From the NCBI RefSeq assembly GCF_000091665.1, contig NC_000909.1, forward strand, positions 1,247,459-1,279,458: a stretch of 32,000 bases of DNA, in the 5' to 3' direction. Source of the DNA: Methanocaldococcus jannaschii DSM 2661. GTDB lineage: Archaea > AGJL01 > Methanococci > Methanococcales > Methanocaldococcaceae. This document shows positions 8,994-18,977 of the stretch, in pieces. The position numbers were made by a program, and so were the translations under genes. The notes beneath the pieces are model-generated. The model was not told the origin of the DNA. It did not search any database and saw nothing but the letters and a program-made list of their open reading frames with translations. Each line of letters begins with the position of its first letter. The stretch's first letter is position 1.

Positions 8994-9827
8994 ATGAAAT
9001 TTGGTGTTTCATCATTAGTTTTTTTACCAGAGAGCTTAACTTCATCAATGGAGAAGATAGCTGAACACAACTTTGATGCATGGGAGATTGTCTGTGAGGG
9101 AACTCATTACCTATCTCCAAAGAATATAAAGTATCTCATGGAATTGAGAGATAGATACGAAGTTGAAATTGTAGTGCATGCACCTTTTTCAGATTTAAAC
9201 CCTGCATCAATGAATGAGAGAGTTAGGAAATTAACAGTTGAGTGTATTAGAGACGCTATAGAAGGTGCTTTTGAGCTTGATTCTGAGGTTGTTGTAGTTC
9301 ATCCTGGCTATATTCCAGAGCTCTGGAGTAACTATGTAAGTGAGATACTGGATAACAATTTCTCAACACTTTCTGAGATTGTAGAGATAGCTGAAGATTA
9401 TGGAATAAAGATTGGTTTGGAGAACATGCCAAACTTTAGAGGAGTTTTAGGGATAACTCCAGAATCATTATTGGAGATTGTTAAAGACATTGACTCAAAG
9501 AATTTAGGGATAACTTTTGATATAGGACACGCAAACACTGCTGGAAATCCAGCTGAATTTGTTGAAAAACTACAAAATATTGGAATTGGAATTATACATG
9601 TTCATGCCCACGACAATAACGGCTATGATGATGAGCATTTGAAAATAGGAGAAGGAAATATTAACTTTATTGAAGTCCTTGAAAAGCTAAAAGAAATTGG
9701 CTATGATGGAGTTATTAGCATAGAAAATAAAAATATTAGGGATGCTGTGAAGAGTAAGGAAATATTAAAAGAATATTTGGAAATCGTTAATGAGAAAGTG
9801 GCTGAGAAGGAGAAAATAGAGGAATAA
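8994..9827 (+). CDS. Xylose-isomerase-like TIM-barrel protein (sugar-phosphate isomerase/epimerase/AP-endonuclease-2 fold)
   Basis: Metal-ligand-like pattern VHAPF ... VVVHPG ... GLEN ... DIGHAN ... HVHAHDN ... E. The ATG at 8994 follows GGGTG. The track start at 8946 is a TTG. Confidence 0.7.
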   Translation: MKFGVSSLVFLPESLTSSMEKIAEHNFDAWEIVCEGTHYLSPKNIKYLMELRDRYEVEIVVHAPFSDLNPASMNERVRKLTVECIRDAIEGAFELDSEVVVVHPGYIPELWSNYVSEILDNNFSTLSEIVEIAEDYGIKIGLENMPNFRGVLGITPESLLEIVKDIDSKNLGITFDIGHANTAGNPAEFVEKLQNIGIGIIHVHAHDNNGYDDEHLKIGEGNINFIEVLEKLKEIGYDGVISIENKNIRDAVKSKEILKEYLEIVNEKVAEKEKIEE

Positions 9828-9857
9828 TTTTATATTTTATTTATTTTTGGTGGTTCT

Positions 9858-10823
9858 ATGACTATAGCATTTGGACCAGTTCCATCAAGGAGGTTAGGGA
9901 AGAGTCTAGGGATAAATAGCATTCCATGTAAGTTTTGTAGTTATGATTGTGTATATTGCCAAGTTGGAAGAACCATAAACAAAACTATAGAGAGGAGAGA
10001 GTTTTATAGTCCAGAAGATATTTTTAAGTCAGTAGAGGAGAGGATAGGTAAGCTAAATAATGAGAAAATTGACTACCTCACTTTTGTTGCAGATGGAGAG
10101 CCAACATTAGATATAAATTTATCAAAAGAAGTTGAAATGCTTAGAGATTTTGACATTCCAATAGCAATAATTACAAACTCTTCATTAATTTGGAGGGAAG
10201 ATGTTAGAAATGACATATTAAACTTTGATTTAGTATCTTTTAAGGTTGATTCTGTTGATGAAAAAATTTGGAGAGAAATAAATAGACCTCATAAAGATTT
10301 GGTGTTAGATAAAATCTTAGAAGGAATGATAGCTTTTAGAGATAACTATAAAGGAGAGTTGATAACTGAAACGATGATTTTAGGAAGTATAAAATATACA
10401 GAGGAATCTATAATCAAAACAGCAGAATTTTTAAAAGAATTAAATCCAAATAAATGCTATTTAAATACTCCAATAAGGCCACCATCTGAAAAATATATAA
10501 AACCTCCTAAAATAGAAGTTATAACTAAAATATTAGCCATATTTAATGAAATTATTGGTAAAAATAAAATTAAACTCTTAGGGAAATTTGAAGGAAATGA
10601 ATTTATATTCTCTGAAAATGTTGAAGAGGATATATTGGCTATAACTTCCGTTCATCCAATGAGAGAGGAAGTTATTAAAGAATTGTTAAATAAATCAAAT
10701 ATTAGCTTTGATATTATAAATAAAATGGTAAATGAGGGAAAACTAATAAAATTAGAATATGATGGAAAAGTATTCTATATGAAAAATATTAAAAGTAGGG
10801 ATAAAAATGTATCTAACCCATAG
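9858..10823 (+). CDS. Radical SAM protein
   Basis: CSYDCVYCQ (CxxxCxxC) near the N-terminus. The last codon and the stop codon lie inside the repeat at 10818. Confidence 0.8.
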   Translation: MTIAFGPVPSRRLGKSLGINSIPCKFCSYDCVYCQVGRTINKTIERREFYSPEDIFKSVEERIGKLNNEKIDYLTFVADGEPTLDINLSKEVEMLRDFDIPIAIITNSSLIWREDVRNDILNFDLVSFKVDSVDEKIWREINRPHKDLVLDKILEGMIAFRDNYKGELITETMILGSIKYTEESIIKTAEFLKELNPNKCYLNTPIRPPSEKYIKPPKIEVITKILAIFNEIIGKNKIKLLGKFEGNEFIFSENVEEDILAITSVHPMREEVIKELLNKSNISFDIINKMVNEGKLIKLEYDGKVFYMKNIKSRDKNVSNP

Positions 10824-10914
10824 GGCTTCGCCCTATTGGGATACCCAGAGCGGGGCTTCACTACATTCAGCCCTACTGTAATCTATTTTTAATCAGATTT
10901 TTAGTAAAAATTTG
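10818..10914. mobile_element. MITE-like structured repeat (half-element) flanked by a perfect 21-bp direct duplication
   Basis: agggataaaaatgtatctaac occurs at 10797-10817 and again at 10915-10935. Hairpin at 10820-10836. Shares the core CATAG-stem-CTATTGGGATACCCAGAGCGGGG with the copies at 1905 and 28235. Confidence 0.8.
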
Positions 10915-10924
10915 AGGGATAAAA

Positions 10925-12136
10925 ATGTATCTAACTAAAGAAGAAGAGAAAATATTAGATGGAGAATATGGAGAGGTTTTAAGAAGATGTATGAATTTAT
11001 TAGTTTCTTTGGGAGATATTTATGGAGCTGATAAGCTAATCCCTATAAGCTCAGCTCAAATTTCTGGAGTTTCATACAAAACTATTAAAGATATTGGTTT
11101 AGAGTTTTTGGAAGATTTTGCTAAAGAAGATGTTAAAGTTAAGGTCTATGCCACTTTAAACCCAGCTGGAATGGATTTAGATATATGGAGAGAGCTTGGC
11201 ATTGATGAGAAGTTTGCCAAAAAGCAGTTGAGAATTATTGAAGCATTTAAAAAGATGGAAGTTGAGATAAGTTGCACTTGCACGCCCTATTTAACTGGAA
11301 ACCTTCCAAGATTCGGAGAGCATATAAGTTGGGCCGAAAGCTCAGCTGTGAGCTTTGCAAACTCTGTCTTAGGAGCTAAGACAAATAGAGAAGGTGGGCC
11401 ATCAGCATTAGCAGCTGCAATTATTGGAAAAACACCATATTATGGATATCACTTAGATGAAAATAGAAAGACAACACATATCATTGAGTTAGATGGACAA
11501 TTAATCTCTAACTTTAAATATGGAGAGAGTTTTTATGGAGCTTTAGGTTACTTAGTTGGGAAGATTGTTAAGAATGGCATTCCATATTTTGAAAATCTAT
11601 ATAAATTAAATCCAAATAACGATAATTTAAAATCCTTGGGAGCTGCAATGGCTGCAAGTGGTGGTATCGCCTTATATCACGCAAAAAACTTGACAGCTGA
11701 ATGCAGAGTTAAAGAAGTTGTTAATGATAAAATTGAAAAGATATCTATTGGAGTTGAGGAGATAAAGGAAGCTTATGAAAAATTAAATACAACAAATGAA
11801 GAGCCAGATTTAATTTGTATTGGTTGCCCTCACTGCAGTTTAATGGAAATTAAAAAAATTGCTGAACTTTTAAAAAATAAAAAATTGAATGCTGATTTAT
11901 GGGTTTGCTGCTCTCTTCATATTAAAGCAATAGCAGATAGAATGGGATATACAAAGATTATTGAAAAAGCTGGTGGAAAGGTAGTTAAAGACACCTGTAT
12001 GGTTGTTTCTCCAATTGAGGATTTAGGTTATAAAAGAGTTGCAACAAACTCTGGAAAAGCTGCTGTTTATCTACCAAGCTTTTGTAAGAGTGAAGTAATT
12101 TTTGGAGATATTGAGGAATTGTTAAAAGGGAGATAA
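10925..12136 (+). CDS. Aconitase-X (DUF521) family catalytic subunit; possibly phosphomevalonate dehydratase large subunit
   Basis: About 400 aa. The N-terminus MYLTKEEEKILDGEYGE and the SSAQISG/SWAESSAV segments are as I remember for AcnX-type proteins. The functional assignment is by recollection only. Confidence 0.6.
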   Translation: MYLTKEEEKILDGEYGEVLRRCMNLLVSLGDIYGADKLIPISSAQISGVSYKTIKDIGLEFLEDFAKEDVKVKVYATLNPAGMDLDIWRELGIDEKFAKKQLRIIEAFKKMEVEISCTCTPYLTGNLPRFGEHISWAESSAVSFANSVLGAKTNREGGPSALAAAIIGKTPYYGYHLDENRKTTHIIELDGQLISNFKYGESFYGALGYLVGKIVKNGIPYFENLYKLNPNNDNLKSLGAAMAASGGIALYHAKNLTAECRVKEVVNDKIEKISIGVEEIKEAYEKLNTTNEEPDLICIGCPHCSLMEIKKIAELLKNKKLNADLWVCCSLHIKAIADRMGYTKIIEKAGGKVVKDTCMVVSPIEDLGYKRVATNSGKAAVYLPSFCKSEVIFGDIEELLKGR

Positions 12137-13059
12137 TGCTGAATCCAATAATCTTATTTTTGGCTATTATTTTTGATAGAATCATTGGGGAGTTGCCAGA
12201 GAGTATTCATCCAACGGTTTGGATAGGGAAGTTGATAGCTTTTTTAGAGAACATATTTAAATCTACAAATTGCAAAAATAAATATAGAGATTTTTTGTTT
12301 GGCTCACTAACAACATTTATTACTCTATTAGTTGTGGGAGTTATAGCTTTTTTTGTTGATAAATGCATAATGCTGTTACCATTTCCTTTAAACTATATTA
12401 TCTATGGTTTTTTGTTATCAACAACTATTGGCTACAAATCATTATTCGAATTCTGCAAAAAGCCGATTGAATATATAAAAAATGGTGATTTAGAGGGAGC
12501 AAGGAAAGCTGTTCAGCATATAGTTAGCAGAGATGCCTCAAAGTTGGATAAAGAGCATGTATTATCGGCTGCAGTAGAGAGCTTATCCGAGAACATAACA
12601 GACAGTATAATTGGAGCTTTATTCTATGCTATATTTTTTGGTTTGCCTGGAGCCTTTGTTTATAGGGCGATAAATACATTAGATGCAATGATTGGTTATA
12701 AAAATGAGAAATATCTATGGTATGGGAAGTTAGCAGCAAGGTTGGATGATATTGCCAATTTTATTCCTTCAAGAATAGCAGGGATTTTGCTAATAATTAC
12801 TGCCCCATTTTATAAAGGAGATGTTAAAAAGGCAATATATGGGTTTTTAAAAGAAGCTAATAAGGTTCCATCACCAAACTCTGGTTATACAATGGCTACA
12901 TTGGCAAATGCATTAAATATAACTTTGGAGAAGATAGGATATTATAAACTTGGTAGTGGGAAAATAGATGTTGAAAAATCTTTAAACGCTTTTAAGGCAG
13001 TTGATTATACAGTCGTTGTGTTTTTAATTATTTATACTTTAATTTGGTGGATAACATGA
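12136..13059 (+). CDS. cbiB: Adenosylcobinamide-phosphate synthase
   Basis: Polytopic, about 307 aa, with the CbiB/CobD-like segments HPTVWIGK, SENITDSIIGALFY and PSPNSGYTMA. The start overlaps the upstream stop (TAATG). Confidence 0.8.
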   Translation: MLNPIILFLAIIFDRIIGELPESIHPTVWIGKLIAFLENIFKSTNCKNKYRDFLFGSLTTFITLLVVGVIAFFVDKCIMLLPFPLNYIIYGFLLSTTIGYKSLFEFCKKPIEYIKNGDLEGARKAVQHIVSRDASKLDKEHVLSAAVESLSENITDSIIGALFYAIFFGLPGAFVYRAINTLDAMIGYKNEKYLWYGKLAARLDDIANFIPSRIAGILLIITAPFYKGDVKKAIYGFLKEANKVPSPNSGYTMATLANALNITLEKIGYYKLGSGKIDVEKSLNAFKAVDYTVVVFLIIYTLIWWIT

Positions 13060-14129
13060 TAAGTAAAGCTTATTACACTACAGAGATTCCAGAGGATAGA
13101 TTTGAAGCTCTGAGTTGTATTAAAGATAGTCAAAAACCTCTTAAAATTATATTACTTGGAGGAGTTGATAGTGGTAAAACAACATTAGCTACTTTTTTGG
13201 CAAATGAGCTTTTAAACTTAGGATTTAAAGTTGCTATAGTCGATAGTGATGTAGGGCAGAAGAGCATTTTACCTCCAGCAACTATAAGCTTAGCTTTCCC
13301 AGAAACAAATTTTAACAATTTATATGAAATTAAACCATACAAAAGTTATTTCGTTGGTTCAACAGCCCCAATACAATTTTTTGGAGAGATGATTACTGGA
13401 ACTAAATTATTGTGTGATTATGCTGAAGATAAGGCTGATATTATTATAGTTGATACCACTGGGCTGATATCTGGTTCTGGAGCTGATTTAAAGAGGATGA
13501 AAATAGAAATGATTAAGCCAGATATTATAATAGCATTGGAGAAAAGAAATGAACTTAAGAGTATTTTAAAGCCCTTTGAAAATAAAATCAGGGTTTTTTA
13601 CTTAAAAGTTTATGAAAATGCAAAATCATTCAGCAGAGAGGAAAGAAAAGAAATTAGAGCAGAGAAATGGAAAGAATACTTTAAAAACTCAAAAATTTAT
13701 AATATTGGTTTTAATGATGTAGTTATTGGTGGAACCAAGGTATTTCAAGGAGAGAAGATTTTAGAGGATGAGAAATACTTATTAGAATCACTTTTTAAGT
13801 GGAAGATACTTTATGGTAGCAAATGCGATGGAAGATATACAATAGTAAAAAGAGATTTGGTAAATATGCCAAGGCAAATAGATAAAAACATCCTATATTA
13901 CATTGAGCCAGAGCGGTTTAACAATTTAATAGTTGGATTGATTGATGAAGATAGCTTTTGCATTGGATTAGGTATTTTAAAAACTATTGATTTTGAGAAT
14001 GAAACATTAGAAATTTTAACTCCAATAAGTGAAGAGGATATTAAAAATATTAGAGAAATAAGGTTTGGAAGGATTAGAGTTGATGAAAATGGTGAGGAAC
14101 TTGGCTTATTAGATAGAGATTCTATATAA
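13056..14129 (+). CDS. Clp1/Grc3-like P-loop polynucleotide 5'-kinase family protein
   Basis: Walker A GGVDSGKTT and Walker B-like IIIVDTTG. ATGA overlap with the cbiB stop. The ATG at 13056 follows GGTGGA. Confidence 0.65.
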   Translation: MISKAYYTTEIPEDRFEALSCIKDSQKPLKIILLGGVDSGKTTLATFLANELLNLGFKVAIVDSDVGQKSILPPATISLAFPETNFNNLYEIKPYKSYFVGSTAPIQFFGEMITGTKLLCDYAEDKADIIIVDTTGLISGSGADLKRMKIEMIKPDIIIALEKRNELKSILKPFENKIRVFYLKVYENAKSFSREERKEIRAEKWKEYFKNSKIYNIGFNDVVIGGTKVFQGEKILEDEKYLLESLFKWKILYGSKCDGRYTIVKRDLVNMPRQIDKNILYYIEPERFNNLIVGLIDEDSFCIGLGILKTIDFENETLEILTPISEEDIKNIREIRFGRIRVDENGEELGLLDRDSI

Positions 14130-14142
14130 ATTGGGGATATTT

Positions 14143-14373
14143 ATGCTTAAAGAAATATTAAACAAAATCTTTTGGCATCCTGATTATAAGAGAGAAGATT
14201 TTGAAGTTGTTATATTACATAGAGGGGCTGAAGAAAATAAAAAAGCTATATCTTTAGATGATGTTGAGCTTAAAGGGAATTATTTAATATATTTTGACAC
14301 TTATATACCTCTACATAGAATCTTAGAGATTAGAAATAAAAAAACTGGAGAGATTTTATATAAAAAGAAGTAA
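14143..14373 (+). CDS. MJ1316/DUF504-family small protein (predicted RNA cyclic-end recognition domain)
   Basis: About 76 aa with the pattern ILNKIFWHP ... IPLHRILEI. Starts 13 nt after the Clp1-like stop, behind GGGGAT. Confidence 0.6.
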   Translation: MLKEILNKIFWHPDYKREDFEVVILHRGAEENKKAISLDDVELKGNYLIYFDTYIPLHRILEIRNKKTGEILYKKK

Positions 14374-15552
14374 CAAACCTGAAATTATAGCTAAGACACT
14401 TCCATATAAAAATGTCATTTCTGGGCTTATCTTCCACAAATATCCAGCTATTAAACTTGCAGGTAAGCTTGTTAATCCCACAACTGTATAAAACAGCCCT
14501 AAGGCTGTTGCTCTAATATCCTCTGACGATAAATCTGAGACATAAGCTTTCTGATTTCCAGCAAATAATGCATAGGCAATTCCATATAAAGCAAATAACA
14601 ATATTAAGCTTTTTTGAGATATAAAGTAGGCAAATCCTAAAGAGACAATACCATAAACTATATATCCAATAGTTAAAACACTCTTCCTCCCAATTTTATC
14701 AGATAAAATTCCAAATGGAATTGAAAATGTGGCGTAAAAGATGTTGTATAAAATATATAGAGCAATAGGGATTATAATAGCCATTTTTTCATCTACTATC
14801 ATTAAAAATTCCTGAGCTCTCAAAATATAAAACATATAGCTAAAGTTACTTAGGGTAAATATAGCTGAGATTAAAATAAAAAGCTTTAACTCTTTTGGTA
14901 AATTTTTAATCCCTACTCTAAATGTTATTTTATTATTAGAGGGTGAAGGTTTCTCTTTAACAAAATATAGAGGAATTAGGGTTAAAAATCCAATAACCGC
15001 AGCTATTAAAATTATTTGATTGAAACTATATTGAAGATATAGAATAAACAATAATGATAAGGTAGAGCCAAGTATAGCCCCAGCGGTATCAAAAGCTCTC
15101 TGTATTCCAAATCCTTTACCCAAAGTTTTAGGCATACTTTCAGATATTATCGCATCTCTTGGGGCTGTTCTTATCCCTTTGCCCATTCTTTCAAGGGAAG
15201 AAAATATAACAGCTCCTAACCAGCTTTTTGATAAACCTAAGAGTAGTTTAAACATTGAAGATGTTAAATAACCTAAAACAACAAAAATCTTCCTTTTCCT
15301 AACTTTATCTGAACAATAACCAATTAAAACCATTAAAATGTTTGAGATAAACTCTCTTAAACCTCCAACTAAACCTATTGATAAACTTCCTCCCCCAACG
15401 CTTGTAATAAGCATTGGTAAAATTGGCATTATCATCTCACTGCTCATGTCATTCAAAAAGCTTGTAAATCCCAATAAATAAACATTTTTAGATAATTCCC
15501 TATCATTCTCATTATTTTTTTGTAAATTTTGTTCTGCCACTTTTCTCACCAT
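14356..15552 (-). CDS. Major facilitator superfamily transporter
   Basis: About 12 predicted transmembrane segments, with MFS loop motifs SDKVRKRK and LSDKIGRK. Confidence 0.75.
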   Translation of the reverse strand: MVRKVAEQNLQKNNENDRELSKNVYLLGFTSFLNDMSSEMIMPILPMLITSVGGGSLSIGLVGGLREFISNILMVLIGYCSDKVRKRKIFVVLGYLTSSMFKLLLGLSKSWLGAVIFSSLERMGKGIRTAPRDAIISESMPKTLGKGFGIQRAFDTAGAILGSTLSLLFILYLQYSFNQIILIAAVIGFLTLIPLYFVKEKPSPSNNKITFRVGIKNLPKELKLFILISAIFTLSNFSYMFYILRAQEFLMIVDEKMAIIIPIALYILYNIFYATFSIPFGILSDKIGRKSVLTIGYIVYGIVSLGFAYFISQKSLILLFALYGIAYALFAGNQKAYVSDLSSEDIRATALGLFYTVVGLTSLPASLIAGYLWKISPEMTFLYGSVLAIISGLLLLFI

Positions 15553-15596
15553 AAAAAATAATAAAAATAAACTAAAAAATAAATATAAAAAGTTAA

Positions 15597-17384
15597 TTAA
15601 GCAGAAACTCTTCTTGCTAAGTATCCTCCTGCAAACCCTATTAATCCACCAATTATTGCAGAAATCATTATTCCAACATTATTTTCCTTAGTTGTAGTTT
15701 CTTCAATATTAACATTCTCGTTAGTGACTATATTAATTTCACTGCTGATATTTTCACTGATACTTTTATTCAACTCTTTTATTACATCTATATCCATTTG
15801 GGCGTAGTATGAGCTATATTTATAATACATAATTTTTGAAATGGTATCATTTAAACTATTTGCATATTCATAATAACCAAGGGCTGAGATTGGAGTTATT
15901 CCTAAGTTTTCAGCCAAGTTTATTTTGTTCCTTGCATATTTTTTGGAGTATTCAATATCTCCAAATATAACCAATGGAATCTCTGCCTTTACACAGGTAT
16001 CTATACTCTCAGCTATGGTTAGTAAATAGTCCCCATCCTTATATGCCTCTTTTGCTGATTCTAAATCATTTTCAAGGTCATCAGTAGGTAGATTGGGGAA
16101 TAATGTTTCTACATAAGTTAAGATTGTTTCAGCGTTGTCTAAATACTGCTGAGCTAATGATTTTAATTTAGCTTCATTTATTATCTTGCCATTGTTATCA
16201 TTTTCTTTTAAAGAAACCCACCATATTGCACTATCTCCCCTCAACTTCGCAAAGCTACCATACTTTATCGCTTCATCATAATTTCCTAAATAGTAAGATT
16301 TCCACGCATTATCTAAGAGTTTTTCCGCTTCAGCAATTCTTATCCTTCCTGCCAATATCTCTTCAAAGTTGTTAGTAGTTACATTTTTTGAATAAACAAT
16401 TTCTTTATCATGGCTAATTTTATTTTGAACCTCTGTTAAGAAAGTTTTAACATCTTCCTCTCCAGTTAAGTATTTTAGGGTGTGTTCAATAGTTTCAAGT
16501 TTAATTAATGCGTTAAACGCAGAGCATGTTGCAGAGTAGTATTTGTTTTTTAGATATTCATCATTAGCCTTCTCTAATAAGCTCTTTGAGGTAGTTAGTT
16601 CATTTAACAGGGCTTTTTGATATTCATATCCAACATAACTGTTACTTAACTCTTTAGAGAGGTTTTCATATTTTTCATTAGCTGTTTTTAAAACGTTTTC
16701 ACTTAACTCCTTCATTATGTCTTTATATTTCTCTTCGATAAGTGGATTTTCTGGATATTCCTTCATTATTATCTTTTTATTTGTGAAGTAAGGAATCGCT
16801 TCATATATACTTCCAACTTCTATAACCTTAATTCCCAATTTTTTACCAAATTCTACTGCATCAACTTTGTTGCCCTCTACTTCAACATACCTCTGCCCTT
16901 TTGGGATTAGCATAATTGTGCAGTTTGCTTTCTTAGCAGCTTCTATCTTTTCCAATATCCCTCCAACAGGTCCTATACTACCATCCGGATTTATCGTTCC
17001 AGTCATCATAACATGTTTATTTAAACTCCAGTTCATCAACTCACAGATGATTCCAATAGTCATCGTTCCCCCTGCTGATGGCCCCCCAACAACTGGAACA
17101 TCACTTCTTACTGTGATATATACATTATATTTACTCATATCTTTTCCAGTAACTTCCCCAGCAACTTTTGCAGCGATTCTTGCAGAACCTTGCATATCTA
17201 ATTCAGTTAGAGGCATAGTGTCCATAAATACATGTCCATCTCCCTTCGTAACATTAATTTGAATATTTATTGGAACCCCCACGTATCCTCTATCCGTTAA
17301 AGATACTGCTGGAGCTTTTATAATCACAGCAAAAGCAGAATTTAAAAGAAATGTTATTAATAGCAATGTCAATATTTTTTTCAT
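15597..17384 (-). CDS. Secreted, membrane-anchored Lon-type (S16) protease-domain protein with a long helical C-terminal region
   Basis: Signal-like N-terminus [19 protein letters not shown]. Lon catalytic context [10 protein letters not shown] with a downstream KIEAAKKA lysine. C-terminal transmembrane segment [20 protein letters not shown]. The ATG at 17384 follows GGAGGGAG. Confidence 0.7.
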
Positions 17385-17505
17385 ATTCTCCCTCCAAGTC
17401 TTCATAAGGATACATTATACTTCAGATAATACTTAAATAATTACTCAGAACAAATATAAAAAATAGTATGAAATTAAAGTATAAAGTAAAAGTAGTGTGA
17501 GTTAT

Positions 17506-18975
17506 ATGGAAAGAGAAAGCTGGAGCTCTAACTTGGGATTTATATTGGCGAGTGTTGGTTCGGCTATAGGATTAGGAAACATTTGGAGATTTGGATATAT
17601 GGTTTATACGAATGGTGGGGGAGCTTTTTTAATTCCATATATTGTTGCTTTGCTCTGTGTTGGTATCCCATTAATGATTCTTGAATTTGCCATTGGACAT
17701 TATACAAAAAAATCTGCACCCTTAGCTTTGGAAAAATTGCATAAAGGTTCAGAATGGACAGGGTGGTTTGCAGTTATTTCAGGGTTTATTATAACAAGTT
17801 ATTATGTTGTTATTATTGCCTGGTGTCTTTACTATTTGATAATTTTAGTTATCTATGGGTATCCATCAGACCCTAATGCTTATTTCTTCCATAATATACT
17901 TCAAATATCATCTGGTGTAGAGGACATTGGTGGAGTTTCTTATGGAATTTTAGTATCTACCTTAGCTGTTTGGGGAATTGTAGCTTTAATTTTAAGTGCA
18001 GGAATTAAAAATGGATTGGAGAAAGCAAATAAAATAATGATTCCTTTTCTACTGTTTTTAATAATTTTGTTGGTTTTAAACGCACTAACTCTACCAGGAG
18101 CTTTAACTGGGATTGAATGGTATTTAACTCCAGACTTTTCAGCACTCTTTAATTATAACGTGTGGTTAAGTGCATTCTCTCAAATTTTCTTTAGCCTATC
18201 TTTAGGATTTGGAATTTTAATTGCTTATGCAAGCTATCTTCCCAAAAAAAGTGATTTAACAATAAACGCTGTTACTGTATCTCTCTTAAATTGCGGTTTT
18301 TCATTTTTAGCTGGTTTTGCTGTATTTGGAACACTTGGATATATGAGCTATACAAGTGGCATTCCATTAGATAAGGCTGTTTCAGAAGGGATTGGCTTGG
18401 CTTTTGTTACCTTTCCAAAGGCACTGTCTTTATTACCATTTGCAAGTAGATTATTTGGGATAGTATTCTTTTTAGCCTTAGTTTTTGCTGGAATATCCTC
18501 TGCTGTTTCTATCGTAGAGGCAAGTGTATCTGCAATTATAGATAAGTTCTCATTGAGTAGGAAAAAAGCTCTACTTGCTGTATTGGCTTTATTTATTATA
18601 ATTTCACCAATATTTACAACTGGAGCTGGATTATATTATTTGGATATTATTGACCACTTTGCCTCTGGTTATTTGCTTCCAATAGCAGCAATCTTAGAGA
18701 TTATAATAGCCATATGGCTATTTGGTGGAGATAAGCTTAGAGAACATGTAAATAAACTTTCAGAGATAAAGTTGGGAGTTTGGTGGAAGTATTTGGCTGG
18801 AGTTGTGTCTCCAATAATATTAACTGCTGTTGTATTCTTAGATGCCTCTAATGTTTTAACATCTGGTTATGGAGGTTATAAAACAACCTATGTTATATTT
18901 GGGGCTTTAATCATTCCATTGGCGTTTGTTGTAAGTGTAATTCTTCAAAAAATGAAAACGATTAAAGGTTGGTAA
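17506..18975 (+). CDS. Sodium-dependent transporter, SNF/NSS family
   Basis: GSAIGLGNIWRFGY signature and about 12 transmembrane segments. The start is either the ATG at 17506 or the GTG at 17497. Confidence 0.85.
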   Translation: MERESWSSNLGFILASVGSAIGLGNIWRFGYMVYTNGGGAFLIPYIVALLCVGIPLMILEFAIGHYTKKSAPLALEKLHKGSEWTGWFAVISGFIITSYYVVIIAWCLYYLIILVIYGYPSDPNAYFFHNILQISSGVEDIGGVSYGILVSTLAVWGIVALILSAGIKNGLEKANKIMIPFLLFLIILLVLNALTLPGALTGIEWYLTPDFSALFNYNVWLSAFSQIFFSLSLGFGILIAYASYLPKKSDLTINAVTVSLLNCGFSFLAGFAVFGTLGYMSYTSGIPLDKAVSEGIGLAFVTFPKALSLLPFASRLFGIVFFLALVFAGISSAVSIVEASVSAIIDKFSLSRKKALLAVLALFIIISPIFTTGAGLYYLDIIDHFASGYLLPIAAILEIIIAIWLFGGDKLREHVNKLSEIKLGVWWKYLAGVVSPIILTAVVFLDASNVLTSGYGGYKTTYVIFGALIIPLAFVVSVILQKMKTIKGW

Positions 18976-18977
18976 TC

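Noticed and set aside
8879-9070. 63-aa minus-strand ORF in the divergent intergenic region
   Set aside because: It overlaps the 5' end of the TIM-barrel gene in antisense and has no RBS. The region is better explained as a bidirectional promoter (TATA-like gtatataaac at 8885-8894).
16867-17262. 131-aa + strand ORF
   Set aside because: It is antisense to the Lon-domain protease gene, whose catalytic motifs support the minus-strand frame.
92-17497. Track start codons at 92, 4699, 6975, 8946, 13044 and 14131 (TTG) and 17497 (GTG)
   Set aside because: Each has a downstream in-frame ATG preceded by a GGTGA/GGAGG-type RBS. For position 92, the frame is open to the window edge. I treat these as ORF-finder extensions rather than true starts.
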